A stretch of 64,000 nt of DNA, from contig JAMWBK010000001.1 of NCBI GenBank assembly GCA_029953675.1, positions 1,116,001 through 1,180,000 on the forward strand. The letters are read 5' to 3'. A model generated the notes under the pieces. It was not told the DNA's origin, ran no database searches, and saw nothing but the letters and a program-made list of their open reading frames with translations. Origin of the DNA: Rhodosorus marinus CCMP1338 (taxonomy: Eukaryota; Plantae; Rhodophyta). Shown in pieces: positions 23,110 through 36,465 of the stretch. Position 1 is the first letter of the stretch; each line of letters begins with the position of its first letter. Made by a program: the position numbers and the translations under genes.

Positions 23110-23375
23110 ACTGAATAAATGTGTTTTATCGGAGACTAACAAAAGGAGAAAGGAGAGGGAAAAAAGATTTCGAGCGGCGAAGATCGCGCGCCTGAGCCAC
23201 AGCAGGAAACTTAGACGGGTAAAAAACGAGGAGAGACGGTTAGGGCGTTCGCGGAACAACTCCCAAACCGAGTGAGAACCAACGGAATCCAAAAACTCAA
23301 AACATCAATCAGCAGCGGTACCAGGGAGATGACTAGAGCCGAAGCAGCGCACGCTTGGGGAAGACAAAACTGTAG
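23110..23375 (-). mobile_element. Old CRE-B 3' fragment abutting the RTX gene stop codon
   Basis: DSVGSHSVWELFRERPNRLSSFFTRLSFLLW matches the B C-terminus. Confidence 0.8.
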
Positions 23376-23779
23376 CAAAGTCATAGCTTTGCAATATCCA
23401 CATCGCCAGAACAAGCAAACCCTGAGGATTGTACGACACTCCTCTCAGGGTTTAAGATTCACTTATTGAATTCTCACTTGCTTTAGTCTGGTCTTTCTTC
23501 TACTGCTTCTCCTAATTCATGCCCGTTGCAACTAATACAGTATATATATATCCTTTGCTACTCGACATCTAAGATATACCGTAGACGTTAGACTCACGAC
23601 TAAACAATGCACGACGTAAATTCCATGACTAATCTAGATTGATCTGCTACCGTTCGATCCTTGATGTATTTCGCAGTGTATTCCGTTTTGACGTTGTACT
23701 CAGGGGGGTTTCATAGTACCTGAATTTCGAAACCATTCATTCAATTTCGACAAACGACCAAGTGGTGGGCTTGATAGAC

Positions 23780-23889
23780 GAACGAATGGTTTAATCGGAG
23801 GCTGAAAAAAAAAAAAACCCCGAGGGGAAAAAAAGACTAAGCGCGGCGCAGTACTCGCGCCTCCAACATCAAAGCGGCATTCATGCGCC
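23780..23889 (-). mobile_element. 110-bp young B 3' stub
   Basis: TSD atagac at 23774-23779 and 23890-23895. Confidence 0.85.
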
Positions 23890-24039
23890 ATAGACAGGGA
23901 GAGATAATGGAAACCACCGAAGTTCCCAAGGGATGCACTGAGGTCAACATAGAGAAATAATATTTCATTAAAATGGTCTCATCGCCGAGGGCGATTCATT
24001 GAGGGGGAGAAGGGTTTTCTGAGGTGAGACAGAAGTCGA

Positions 24040-27000
24040 GAAGACATGGTCCCCGCCACGAGGGGGAGTGCCTCAGAGGCCGATGGACGATTGAGGGATT
24101 TCAGTCTGCTCCCAGTCTTTAGGGGAGAAGACGACAACTATACGCCCTTCAAGCATTGCGCTATCAAGTCGAAACATTCCTCGATTTGAAAGGGCTAAGG
24201 GGTGTCATCGATCACCCCGGGGAGGTCACTGAAGCGGAGAGACGATATGTCTCGGCGGTGTTCGCGCCGGTGCTGGAGGGCCCAGCCATGGACGTAACAC
24301 TCGCTTCTTCAAGGGAAGCAGCGCGGACCAAGTTGGGGCAGCACTCATAGCGAGATACGAACCACCCCCAGATGCGACAACTCACAGCATCTGGGCAAGG
24401 GTTTATCGTCGAAAGTTACGAGGAAACGAGACCCCGCGAGCCCGGATCAACTGGCTAGAAGCCCAGTTTGCTGAAATACGAGAGATCAGCGGAGAACGTC
24501 CCAGAGAGGAGGAGAAACGGAGAGTATTAACGAGGATACTCGAGGAACGTCGTGAGTATGCCGAATTCTTTTACCACGCGTATAAGGATAAGGGCCTCCA
24601 ATGGAAGAGCCTGTGCAGAGATCTGGAAGAGATGCACGGACTCAGAGGCCCTCCAGAAGTTGAGCCCGCAAAGGCAACTGTTGAGCCCCGACACGCCACG
24701 ACAATGAAGAAGAAGAAGAAGAAGGGAATAATTTGCTACGGATGTACGCGTCCTGGACATATTCGGGCAGTAACCCCAGAGGAGGAAGCCAAGGACACCA
24801 ACCAACAACAAACCCCGGCGAGGAAGTTCCATGCTGGCGTGATGTCGCGAAATCAACAACGATTCATTTTGGACTCGGGGGCAACCGACCACGTTTGCAC
24901 TATCGACGGTGGTTTCACGGGTGATCGTCGCGTAACCGGCGCACAGATCACGTTCTGGGACGTGGGCGGCAACACTAAACGAAACTGGCACCGTAGAGCT
25001 TACAACAGTAAGTGGAGACATCTTATCGTTGGAGGACACTGTATTCCTGCTCTGAACGTCATTAGTCTGAGCCGACTAATGGAGAGAGGTTTCGCAGTCA
25101 GAAGCCTAGGCAACAACAGGCTGGCGGTGCGTAAGGATGGGGCGAAGCTTTTTGGAGCCACCACTAAATCGGATTTCTGTTACACCGATTTGCACATCTA
25201 CAAACGAAGTGCAGGAATAGCTGCATCCATTAATCGAAGTAGGGCAACTGATGCCATGGGATGGCACAGACGACTAGACTAGGTCATCCAGGGGCGTGTG
25301 CCATCAGACAACTCCAGAATTCGAATATAATTGACGTTAAAGGTCAAATACCCGCTAAGTTCGAATGCTCCAGCTGTGAACGAGCGAAGATGACGATTAA
25401 GCACCTAGGTGGGTGGCTCCGCCAAGTCGAAAACGTTCGGCCAATGTTTGCATAGCGACATCGCCGGCCAATTCCCTGAAGGAAGTGGACGAAGGAAGTA
25501 CATCGGACTGTTCGTGGACGAGGCTACAGGATGGGTGAAAGCCGAAACTCTGGAAAACAGGAGTTTAGTAGATGCAGCTTTCAAGGAGACAGTCATGATC
25601 CTTCGGACTCAACATAACGTCAGTATTAAGAGGATTAAGAGCGATAATGCGTTTGAGTATCAGGGGATGTGGCCCCTGCTGAGAGAATTGGGCATCCTGT
25701 GGGTTCCCAGTGCCCCCTACACACCGTCGGGGAATGGTATCGCAGAACGTATGGTGCGGACCGTCACGGAGCGACTACGCGCAACCATTTTTGGAAGCGG
25801 ACTAGGAGAAGACTTCTGGCGCGAAGCGCTGCCTGTAGTCGTGAGGAACATAAACAGAACGCCGAGAAAATTCCTAGGCGGCAAGACTCCGGACGAGATG
25901 GTCAGCGGGAAGAAGCTGAAGTTACCAGAAGTTATCAACTCGGGTCGGAAATAACTCACCATCGGACTGGACCAGGAAAACTCAGAAACTTGGACAGCAG
26001 ATCCGAAAAGGGGTTTCTCATGACGATCGAGGACCCTCATGTGGCGAGAATCTACGATCCTTCATCCAACGACTACAAACAGTCGCAGCACTGGCGTGTG
26101 TCAGAAGGAGTCTTTCCTGCGAAGGAGTTGAACCTGCAACGTGAGGGACGGGAGGTTTCGATCAACCTCATGCGAAAGGGAGACTCTCTGTTCAACGTAC
26201 CAGATCCAGAGTCGTGGAGTGAAGCGATGAACGGCCCTATGGCCGAAGACTGGTTGTTGAGAGCCGCTGCGGAAGAGCTCAGGGCATTAAGAAAAAATGG
26301 AGTATGGGAGCTGACACCCAGAGATACAATCCCACCATCGGCAAAGGTGTTAGGGTCAACGATGATCCTGGAGGTGAAGAAGAACGCTGATGGATCGGTG
26401 CAGCGCTTCAAGGCGCGTCTGGTCGCACGAGGGTATGCGCAGAGACCTGGCATCGACTACGAGGAAGTTTTTGCTCCACCGTTTGCCCTCGACTACGAGG
26501 AAGTTTTTGCTCCACCGGTGGACTTTGCCAGCATGCTGCTAACCATCGCTGCGTCGGAAGACCTAGAGATTGAGCAGGCAGACGTTAGGACCGCTTACCT
26601 GAACGCCAACCTTCGAGAGGAAGTATATATGTACCAGCTAAAAGGGTTGGAAGAACCCGGAAAGGCAGACCACGTTTGTCGCCTTGAAAAGAGTTTATAC
26701 GGCCTCAAACAGGCAGGACGCGAATGGAATCAAAAACTTATCGCTGATTTACAGGAAAAGGGATTCCAGAGATTACGAACCGACTGTTGCGTCTATCGAA
26801 AGGAACGATGTATGATAGCTGTCTATGTCGACGACATGCTCATCATAGGCAACCGTCCTGCAGTACAGGACGCAAAAGAAACGTTATCGGCCTTATTCGA
26901 CATCAAGCTTATGGGGGCGGTAACAGATTTTCTCGGAGTGCGCGTCGAGCGAAATCGATCAAGGAGGGAGATTTCCTTTACCCAGGAAGATTATATCCGA

Positions 27001-27084
27001 AAGCTCACACATACCTACGGCTTACAAGGTCGTACACCATTACCAACTCCAGTCTATGTATGTCACACACATGTTACCATCTAA
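24040..27084 (+). mobile_element. Ty1/copia LTR retrotransposon internal region (gag-PR-IN-RT), disrupted, ending before RNase H; LTRs not identified
   Basis: CYGCTRPGH knuckle, FILDSGAT protease, WHRRL(G)H and CSSCERAK, HSD..KSDN..NGIAER integrase, KARLVARGY, KSLYGLKQ, VYVDDML. Confidence 0.92.
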
Positions 27085-27257
27085 ATTTTACCATTATTCA
27101 ATATCTGGACTAGTAGTGATCGATTTCTAGTTCATGTTGTTGATTGAATACATGATGTTTCGCAAGGATTGTGGAATGCCAGGCTTTTTAGAAGGATTGG
27201 AATCAGGCATTATTGAATAGTTTATATTTATTCTTTAGTGCAACCTCGATAATAGTT

Positions 27258-27370
27258 GTGGCGCATGAATGCCGCTTTGATGTTGGAGGCGCGAGTACTT
27301 CGCCGCGCTTAGTCTTTTTTTCCCCTCGGGGTTTTTTTTTTTTTCAGCCTCCGATTAAACCATTCATTCA
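27258..27370 (+). mobile_element. 113-bp young B 3' stub
   Basis: 12-bp TSD tcgataatagtt at 27246-27257 and 27371-27382. Confidence 0.9.
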
Positions 27371-27745
27371 TCGATAATAGTTATAGCACGGTTTATAACA
27401 AAATTCTAGTCACCGCATGAAAAATGCGTGATTCACCTCCCACCTACCCCGCGCGTGTGTTGCTAGGCACTGGTGTATAGTGACACACCGAGTAGGCTTT
27501 ACCCGGCAATCAGCTGGGCGGCGGTGGAAAGCAAAATTAGGCCTGCTGAGCTACTCTTCGATGAGCTTTAGGAACTTCGCATCTGCAGACAAAACTGAGT
27601 ATATATCTGCGGAACGTTTCCTGCTCGTCTCCTTGTGCAGTGCAAAGCAACAAAGGTACCCGAAGCTCTGCCTTGTTGCAATGTTCTAGTCTTGGAGCTA
27701 CATTGGAATAAGAGGAGGGAGGAAAGAAGAAAAGGGGGAGAGAAG

Positions 27746-29687
27746 ATGAGTCCTTACGCACTCATCACATTCGTGGTGGTAGTAGTCTTTGCTGCCGTTC
27801 AATCTCAAGATTGCTCCGGTGATCCAAAGGTGGGAGCGTTTGAGTATTCAGAATTTTGTAGACCTCTCCGAGACAGGGAGGGGGTACAATATGGTGAGGC
27901 GTGCGCGGACACAAAGTTGAACGACAAAATCTTGGCAGACTTCCCTCCGAGCTGTATAAGACTCAAGTTCAGAGCTGATGCAGGATATCAGCTCAATAAG
28001 TTGAGGGGAGGGGCGCACTTTAATGAGCCTCCTACGGAGCAGGCTAGATTTACGTCTTACCGGGATATCGATAGGTGGAAGGAAAGTAACGATATCGTGG
28101 ACCCGGTTACGCTCGCCAGGGTTCTTATCTGTCCGGAGGAAATTGCCGGAATGTCTGATTGCTGTGGAGAAACAGTCAATGTCGTCGCATACGCAATTGT
28201 TAGTCTCATCCCCGATGGCGAGGAAATCCGCGTGTTTCTCAGTGAAGACGATGCGGACGAACTATGCGCGACGCGAGAGGAGGACAACACGACTGCCTGC
28301 GGCGTTACGATTTCATGCCCGATTTGTGGAGACGATCAATGCCGAGGGCCGGGGGGGGTTTGTTCCCCTCCAGACTCCCAATTCTGCCCTCCTGGGTCGG
28401 TAAGTCTCTCTAAAATGGGCTGCTCTTGGTTGTCGCCCTGAAAGGCCCCGAATACAGCAACACTGGAATCGATCTCCGGGCAGGTTGCTTTCCGGAAAAC
28501 CCGGCTGGGCTCCTTCTGCACCGTGCCAATTGTGGACGGAAGGCTGAGGGATAGCGAACGCAATGCGCAACTACTGACAGTTACTACCAACCTCCGATGC
28601 GTAGTTACCATATGTGAGACCCGATGAGTTCTGCGATTGCTGTGGGGGCGACTATTGCTTGGATTCGGACCGATCGGGAGTTCAGGCTCCGTGCGTTCTG
28701 CAAGGAGAATCTGCTTTGTGCGAAGGAAATGAAGTAGGTGTCCACCAGTAAATCAGCCTCTGCATCCTTGGAGACCATTACAGCTTGCATCAACGAGCTA
28801 ATCCGAGATCGCCTTCTCTTCACCCTACTCCGTGATGCTCTGTCTACGAAAGGTACTGGGTTCCACTGAGGGACTATGCACTTGCGAATGTAGCTCCGAG
28901 ATTACATGCACTAACCTCGATGGCGTCTGCCAACTTATTGAGGACTTCGATTGTCCCTTTTTCTTCGAGGTGAGTACTATCAAACCACCTCTAGCAAATG
29001 CCATGAACGAAAAACGAATACAATCACTTCGCATCTGAGTACCTCGTCCTGGCTGTGTTCTATAACCCCGTTCTCCCTGATAGTCCCCTGCCAGAGCTCC
29101 AGACGGAACATGCAAATGTGAGGAATTCTGCGCGCCTGATTTCTGCCTTACCTTCGCGGTGCACCCAATATGCTTAGAAACTCGAGTCCCTTTTGAACCT
29201 GATTGCGACGGGGTAAATATTAAGTTCAAACTGAGGCTACTGCAAAGAATATCTTACTAAACTGCGAATCCGTTGTATGCGTACCCCGCGTGTCATCTGT
29301 GCGTCAATGTAACCTTGGCTATCGATGAATTTGACTATTAGGGTGATTTTGTTGCACGAAATCCAGACGAGGGAAATCCAACATGTTTATGCTGCCCATC
29401 CTCCATTGCTTGCATAGACGAACGTGCGAAATGCATATTGAGAGAGCAAGTAGAGGATTGCCCTACCGGAGTACGTACTTACCTTCACCACGTAATTAGA
29501 ACACTTGTCCAAATCTGCTCGGATTTTCGTAATGGATGATGGACCCGGCTCGACTGTGCGTGAGTCTTTTTCTTGTCGTTTCTGGGTGCTCACGTGAATG
29601 CTCATCTTCGACTCTCTCCTCCCTTCACCTTTGCAGACTGTAGCCACCGATCCCAGCAATGGGTCATGCAAATGTGTGCAACCCTAG
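27746..29687 (+). CDS. Secreted Cys-rich modular protein; predicted exons 27746-28399, 28605-28733, 28853-28969, 29084-29212, 29342-29470, 29637-29687
   Basis: Signal peptide MSPYALITFVVVVVFAAVQS; GT-AG phase-0 introns; each internal exon reads open and carries six Cys. Confidence 0.7.
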
Positions 29688-29754
29688 TAAACTTCATCTT
29701 CGACAAGGGCGAGCACGGCCAAACCGTACTCGTAGTCACTGGTTGTCGTGGTGC

Positions 29755-30051
29755 ACTCGCTTTATTAGCATAGCCTGAAGCGCTACGCCTGGCGTGAAGA
29801 GGAACTAAGAACTAGGTAGGGAAGCGTGCAAACCCAGGCGCCTATGGCGCGCTTCAGCAAGCATGCTACTCGAATATCGCCACAGAGAGACACTTAAACG
29901 CCGCAAAAAGTTCCAAGTATTCAACAGGATGCTCAGTAAAACATTTCCGCAACCACTCCAAACCCGACTTCTCCACATGACCAAAGCTTTCCACAATGAA
30001 GGGCCGGAACCGGTGGGAACGACCCTCAGCGCGGAAGACTGGCCATACTCT
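29755..30051 (-). mobile_element. 3' end of a CRE-A2 copy split by A1 copy 3
   Basis: Begins at TSD AGAGTATGG; HVEKSGLEW variant; AATAAAG tail. Confidence 0.88.
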
Positions 30052-33000
30052 GGACTTTACTTGCATAGCCTGAAGCGCTACGCAAGGCGTGAAGATGAAC
30101 TAATAACTAGGGAGGGAAGCATGCAACCCCAGGCGCCGATGGCGCGCCTCGGAAAGCATGTCGCTGGAATATCGCCAAAGGAAGACACTTAAACGCCTCA
30201 AGAGCGCCAAATATTCAGTAGGATGCTCAGCAAAACAATTCCGCAACCACTCTAAACCCGACTTATCCACGTGACCAAAGCTTTCCACAATGAATGGCTG
30301 GAACCGGTGAGAGCGACCCTCAGCGCAAGGCAGACTGGCCATGCTCTCAGCATACCGTCGTTCCTTAACTCTTCGAAGGGCTGAAGCCGCGGCCCCCCGG
30401 CGGCGGGCGGCTGCGGTGAGGTGGGCGCTGGCCACGGGGCAGGTAATCGCAAGGTCCACATATGTTGAGCGTCTGGCAGCAGCGTCGGAGACGAGGAGAT
30501 CGGCTATACAACGGGGCGGTGCAGAGTCCTAGATTGATCTGGGCAGTTCCGACTCAAACTCAACCGTCTGCCCTATCCGAGTCAAAAAATTCGCTGAGGA
30601 TGTACTTGAGGCGAGTGTGACGCCTCGTACGGAGACCTCTCAACAGTCCGCAGGAACCCAGGAAGTGGTAGCCACAAGCGTCAATCCGGCTCTCACATCC
30701 CTGACAGAAAGACGGCCGATTGGAGTGCCACGGAGCCTGTGGCAAACCGAGATAGATCCGTGCGGCAGAACGGAACTGGAAAGCATCGAGACGATGACTC
30801 AATGACGACGGTAGAGTGGTTAACCACAAGTGCGAGAGGTGGCCTCTCATGCCGCGGAGACGAGCGGCAGTGGTAGGCGGCGTGAGAGGAGAATTGAGCA
30901 TGACTGTGTGAGCGGCACTGTGTTGGCCCCAGGTGAGGCTATGTTGAATCACATCAGCGCGGGAGCTCCACAATCGGCTCAAACCCGGATAATCTGCAAC
31001 AGGGGACCCGGGGCTAGCCTCTCCGTCATCAGCAAGAACTCGGTCGAGGGGAGAATCCTCAATCGCTTCAGCTCGTCCCCATAACAGCTCCTCCCAGGAA
31101 CGAAAGCGGGACCGATTTGCGTCCGGCACGGCGTTGCACATCCTGAACGCGTGTTGAAGACCATCATAAATTGTCAAAGGCGGGGGCGGCAGGGTCACTG
31201 GATCCTCGTTGTTCAAAGCTCGAACCAAGAGGCAGGCAGTTAGCATCTGGAAGGTCACCAACGTTCGCAGCGCGGTAGCCCAGAAGGCAACCGCCGCTGG
31301 CGAGCATACCAGCCCACGGTCTGCGACGCCGAATCCCCCTAATCCCAACGGTAGAGCGATCTGTGCACGAATCAAGTCCCTGTCGGGAGCAGCTTCAAGA
31401 TCGAGGGGCTCGTCCAAGAGCGTTCCCCAGTGTTGCAGGGTCATCTCGTCGGCTTTAGCCGCGATCCACGAGCCCCAAGCTGGAGGCAGGCTGCGCAACC
31501 AGTAGTTGAGTCTGGGACCGGCACAAAAGCGGGAAAGCAAGCAGGCCGATTGCAGCATGCTGTCGGGTAGGTGCTCAATGGCGTCGGTGAGTTGCTTGTG
31601 CCGTGCCAAAACTCGCTCGCAGGATGCTTGGACAAAGTTGTCAGTCCCCAATCCGACGCCGTGGTGTTCGAACCCTTCACGTTCGCTGATTAGTCGCAGA
31701 GTGGGTGGCAGAGAGGCCAGCGACACGTTCCTCGGGGGGAGAAAGCGACATTTTTCTGTTTCCACAGTCAAACCGACGCGACGTGCAATCGCTTCAATCT
31801 CGGTCAGCCCCCTAGCCAGGGTGTCAGGGGTGCCCAGCAATGTTACGTCATCGTGGTACGCGCAGATTCGAAGATCCGAGACCTCAGTCGGAAGACGTAA
31901 AAGTACGAGCTGAAGGGCACAGGCATGAAGAAGAGGTCTGCAAGGGTCGCCTTGTTGGACGCCAGTATGTGCTTGAAAAACAGTGCCCTCCGTTGTCAAG
32001 TAGGGGAGGCTCTCCCCTCCGTAAATACCCGATAGAAACGGCCACGCCTCCGGAAACACCCGTCGGAGCACCTCTAGCGCATGCGTCCGCGACACGCTGT
32101 TGAATGCGTTCCGGAAATCAACCACCAAGACTCCCCACTCCGGCCTACTGGCGCGTTCTAGCTCGATCCCATGGGTGATTAGTTCGCAATCCCCAGAAAA
32201 TCCCACCCCTACTTGTAAGGGCGCCATAAAAGCTGTGACTCGCTGGCGAAGGCGCTGGCATAGCCACCCCCGGGCTAACTTCCGTAGGCTCTCCACCATC
32301 CCGATCGGTCGGAGACGCGGGTGGGCCGGCTGGTGGCCAGGTTTCGTGAGCAAGCAAAGCTGTGCCTGCCGGAGATGTTCCCATGGCGCAGACGCACCCG
32401 ATACGCCCTGGAACAACTTGTTAAGGATCCTCAGAAGCGCGCTCTGGCCAGGCTGGCTCAGGGCCTGCAATAGCTCTGTTCTTAGTCCGGAGGGTCCGGG
32501 ACAGCGTCCCCGACGCGAGGTACGAAGCAAATCCTCCAGGTCAGACTCACTGAGCGTCAGATCGATGCGAAACCTGGCCAACTCCGGACGGTCCAAGAAT
32601 ACCTCGAATTCAGGGGAAAAGTCCACGTCGGACTCAGGGAACAAAGACCACACCGTCTGGGCGAGACTATCATCGTAGGGGAGCACAGGCGCCTGGCCCT
32701 CCAAAACCCGCGCCGCTCGACTTAAATCGCCCACTGCTACCAATTTCTGTACTCGAGCCGGCACGGGCGACACTGTGCCATGCCGAGTCCGACGGGCGGA
32801 TGGTGATGACGACGCCAAATAGCTGCGCTGTAGTACTTCGAAGTCTCCCTTCAAGAACAGGGCCAGTCGGTCTCGTACTCGCCATCTGCGCTCCGATGTG
32901 TGAATGGGGGCCAGAATCAGGCGCGGCATGACCCCCAGAAAAACCCAAATGACTGTGTCCCGAATGTTACGAGCCAGGCTCGTGAAGATGAAATCGAGAA

Positions 33001-34776
33001 TGGTTCCAGCTACTAGAAGGTCTCCACGAGGGAGGACGACTGGGGGAATGCCCCCACGGAGGGGAAGCGAGCCTCCTTCCAAAGAAATCCACCGCCGGAG
33101 CCAACTCCGAAAACGCGTACGCCAAATGCCCCAGTCTCCGCTCTCCTTCAGGACATAAGACTGTAGATCCATAGGCTGCGACCTCGTAGCCGTGCCTGGA
33201 GCGCTAATCGTGCTTCTCCCCCTTAGACCCGGGGGAGTCGGTCCTCGCTCTCTTACCTCCTATCCGCACCAAAGTCGTGAGCCGCCCACTCCGCGAGGCT
33301 CGCGGAACGGATCCCGCGGGCTTCAGCAAAGTAACCTGGGCGTCCTCCACCGCCATGCCCTCAGTCTGCTCCCCTGCCTCACCACTCTCGCTGGAAGTGG
33401 TGCTAGAAGCAGAGCCCTCCAAAATCCCCAACCGCTGCAGCTCTGTCTTTTAGCGCGAAGTCAGCACAAGTCGCCTCTCCAGATCGAAGAAGCTGGACAC
33501 CGCCATGCACAGGTGACGAGGGCCCGACCGGAACCGCTCCAACAAGATCCTCTCAAGGCGCTGAATCCGTAGCCAATGGATCGCTGCCGCCTTCACGCTG
33601 CTCTCATGCTCAGAGAGCCCTGCCGTTTCTCCCGGAGACAGGAAATTGCCCGGGAAACAGTCAAAATCGAAGTGCAAAACCACCTGCGGATTGCAGCGCA
33701 ACCACCGGGCGCTCCCAGGCCACTGCTCGGTAGGCTTCGCCAGCAAGGCCTCCAGGTACTTGGCGGCGGTTGCGGAGACCAAAAACAGCACATCGCGGCC
33801 CTCATAGTTTTCGAAGAAGAAATCACCCCGGCTGCACCCTAACGATTCCGCAAAAGTGTCCCGGAAGTCTCGCATAGACGGAACCTGGCCTCGTCTAGTC
33901 TGGGGCCGGACATTTCGCACCCACAGAAATTGGTGAGTGGTCTCCACAGGTCCATCCTGAGGCTCGCGAGATGGTAGGAAACGGAGCATAGCCGCCGTAC
34001 GTGTGGCAGTGGTGCCCTTGCGCAAGACTGAGGCGTACGAAGCCCCCCCCTTGCGGCCACCACGTGTCCCCGAAGTAGCCGGGAGCTGGTGACCACCTGA
34101 GGGCTGGTCCAAGAGAGGGAAGTCCACAGCTGCAGTCTCCTCCACACCGGTTGCCGCACAGTCACCACCACCATTGCCTCGAGTCCCCGAGCGCTGAGGC
34201 GCGTTTTGGCCCGGCCTGCCGCTCCCCAACGTCGTACTGTCCCGCGCAGAAGCAACCGCCCTCGCCTGTCCCGGGACAGGTTCATGTTGATTGACCTGAT
34301 GATGACTGCCTTCATCCAACGCTGCCACTCTGGTGCAATTCAAATTCTCCTCCGAATTTGAATTTGACCTGGCCAGCAATCCCGATTCCAGCCCACCTAG
34401 CTTCTGGGTGAGCTGAGGGAGCACTCCACGATCACTCGCAGCCGTGATCAGGCTGGTGACAGCGGAGATAAGTGCACGCGCCTGGGTGCCAGAAGCGCCT
34501 TCCAAGTCAACCTTGGAAGAAAAGGTGCCGCAGCTGAGGCGAACACGGAGTCCCCCACCCGGCAGTGCCTCCTTGGGAGGACGCTCCGTCGAGCGCGGAG
34601 ATATCCCTACCATCCCGGAAGACAGAAGTAGTTGCAAATGCAAACGACGCACCGCGGAAAATCGACGGGGAGGCGTACCAGATCAAGCGCTTCCCGTAAA
34701 CGAACACGCTCGCGACCGAAAAAGAAACAAAACCCCAATCCTCAGCCACTGGCTTACTGGCATTCATCAGGATGCT
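30052..34776 (-). mobile_element. CRE-A1 copy 3, apparently full length; ORF1 33204-34613 (one nonsense at 33450), ORF2 30100-33172 (one frameshift near 30580)
   Basis: 870-aa uninterrupted RT ORF; 9-bp TSD ccatactct at 30043-30051 and 34777-34785. Confidence 0.95.
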
Positions 34777-36465
34777 CCATACTCTCAGCATACGTTCGTT
34801 CCTTCACGCGGCGAAGGGCCGAAGCAGCACCTCCCCGGCGGCGGGCGGCAGCCGTGAGATGGGCGCTTACCACAGGGCATGTAATCGCGAAGTCAACATA
34901 TGCTGAGCGTGCGCCGGCAGCATCAGAGACGAGGATATCTGCGATACAACGGGGCGGTGCCGTGTCCGAGACCGATCTGGGTAGTTCCGATTCCACCTCA
35001 ACCGTATGCCCTACCCGAGTCAAACATTCGCTGAGAATGTGCTTGAAGCGAGTGTGACGCCTCGTACGAAGACCTCTCAACAGTCCGCGTGAACCTAAAA
35101 AGTGGTAACCACAAGCATCGATCCGACTCTCACATCCCTGACAGAAAGACGGCCGATTAGAGTGCCACGGAGCTTGTGGCAAACCCAGATAGATCCGTGC
35201 AGCAGAGCGGAACTGAAAGGCGTCAAGACGGTGACCCAGTGGTGAAGGCAGCGTGGTTAAACCACAAGTGCGACAGGTTGCCTCCCATGCCGCGGAGGCG
35301 AGCGGCGGTGGTAGGCGGTGTGAGGGGAGAGTTGAGGAATATTGCCTGAGCAGCAATGTGTTGGCCCCAGGTGGGGCTATGTTGAATCACATCAGTGCGC
35401 GAGCTCCATAATCGGCTCAGACAAGGGTAATCTGGAACAGGTGACCCGGGGCTGGCTTCCCCGTCGTCTGCGAGGACCCTGTCGATGGGAGAGTCCTCGA
35501 TCGCCGCAGTACGTCCGCATAACAGCTCTCTCCAGGAGCGGAACTTGGATCGATTCTCGTCCGGCACGGCGTTGCACTTACTGAACGCCTGTTGCAGCGC
35601 ATCATATATACTCAAAAGCGGTGGCGGAAGGGTCGCGGGGTCTTCGCTAGTCAGCCCTAGCCAAAAGGCAGGCATTTAGCATCCGAAAACTCGCCAAGGT
35701 GCGAAGCGCGGTAGCCCAGGAGGCGACCGCCGCAGGCGAGCATACGAGTCCACGGTCGGCCACTCCAAATCAACCTAATCGCAACGGTAGGGAAATCTGG
35801 GCACGAATTAGGTCCCAGTCAGGAGTCGCTTCAACATCCAAGGGTTCATCCAAGAGCGTTCCCCAGTGCTTCAGCATCGCCTCGTCCGCCTTGGCTGCCA
35901 TCCACGAGCCCCAATGGGGTGGAAGGCTTCGCAGCCAGTAATTCAGCCGGGGGCAGGCATAAAAGCAGGAAAGCAGGCTTGCAGATTGTAGCATGCTGTC
36001 CGGTAACCGCTCATTGGCGTCAGTGAGCTGCTTCTGGCGTACTAAAACTCGTTCACAGGAGTCTTGCACGAAGTTGTCACTCCCCAAACCGACGCCATGG
36101 TGCTCGAGCCCCTCACGTTCACCAGAGACTCGGAGACTAGATGGCAGGGAGTCCGTCGAAACTTCACGCGGGGCGAGAAAACGGCATTTCTCGGGTTCCA
36201 CGGTCAGACCTACTCCACGTGCTATTGCTTCGATCTGGGTCAATCCCCGAGCCAAGGTCGCAGGGGTGCCCAGCAACGTCACGTCGCCGTTGAGGCACAG
36301 ATTCGCAGATCCGGCACCGCAGCCGCCATTCGCAAAAGCAGGCCCACAAGGATCACCTTGTTGAACGACAGTACGTGCTGCAAAAATAGGGCCCTGTGTT
36401 GTCAAGTAAGGGAGGCTCCCCTCCCTTACTTGATACCGGATAGGAACGGCCACGCCTCCGGGAGC
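34777..36465 (-). mobile_element. 5' portion of the split CRE-A2 copy (RT C-terminal part to RLE), degenerate
   Basis: Homologous to ORF2 with many indels; ends RTYAESM at the TSD. Confidence 0.88.

Noticed and set aside
23400-27250. LTR pair, PBS for the 24-27 kb copia
   Set aside because: No matching direct repeats seen; TGGTCTCATCGCC at ~23974 is only a weak PBS-like match
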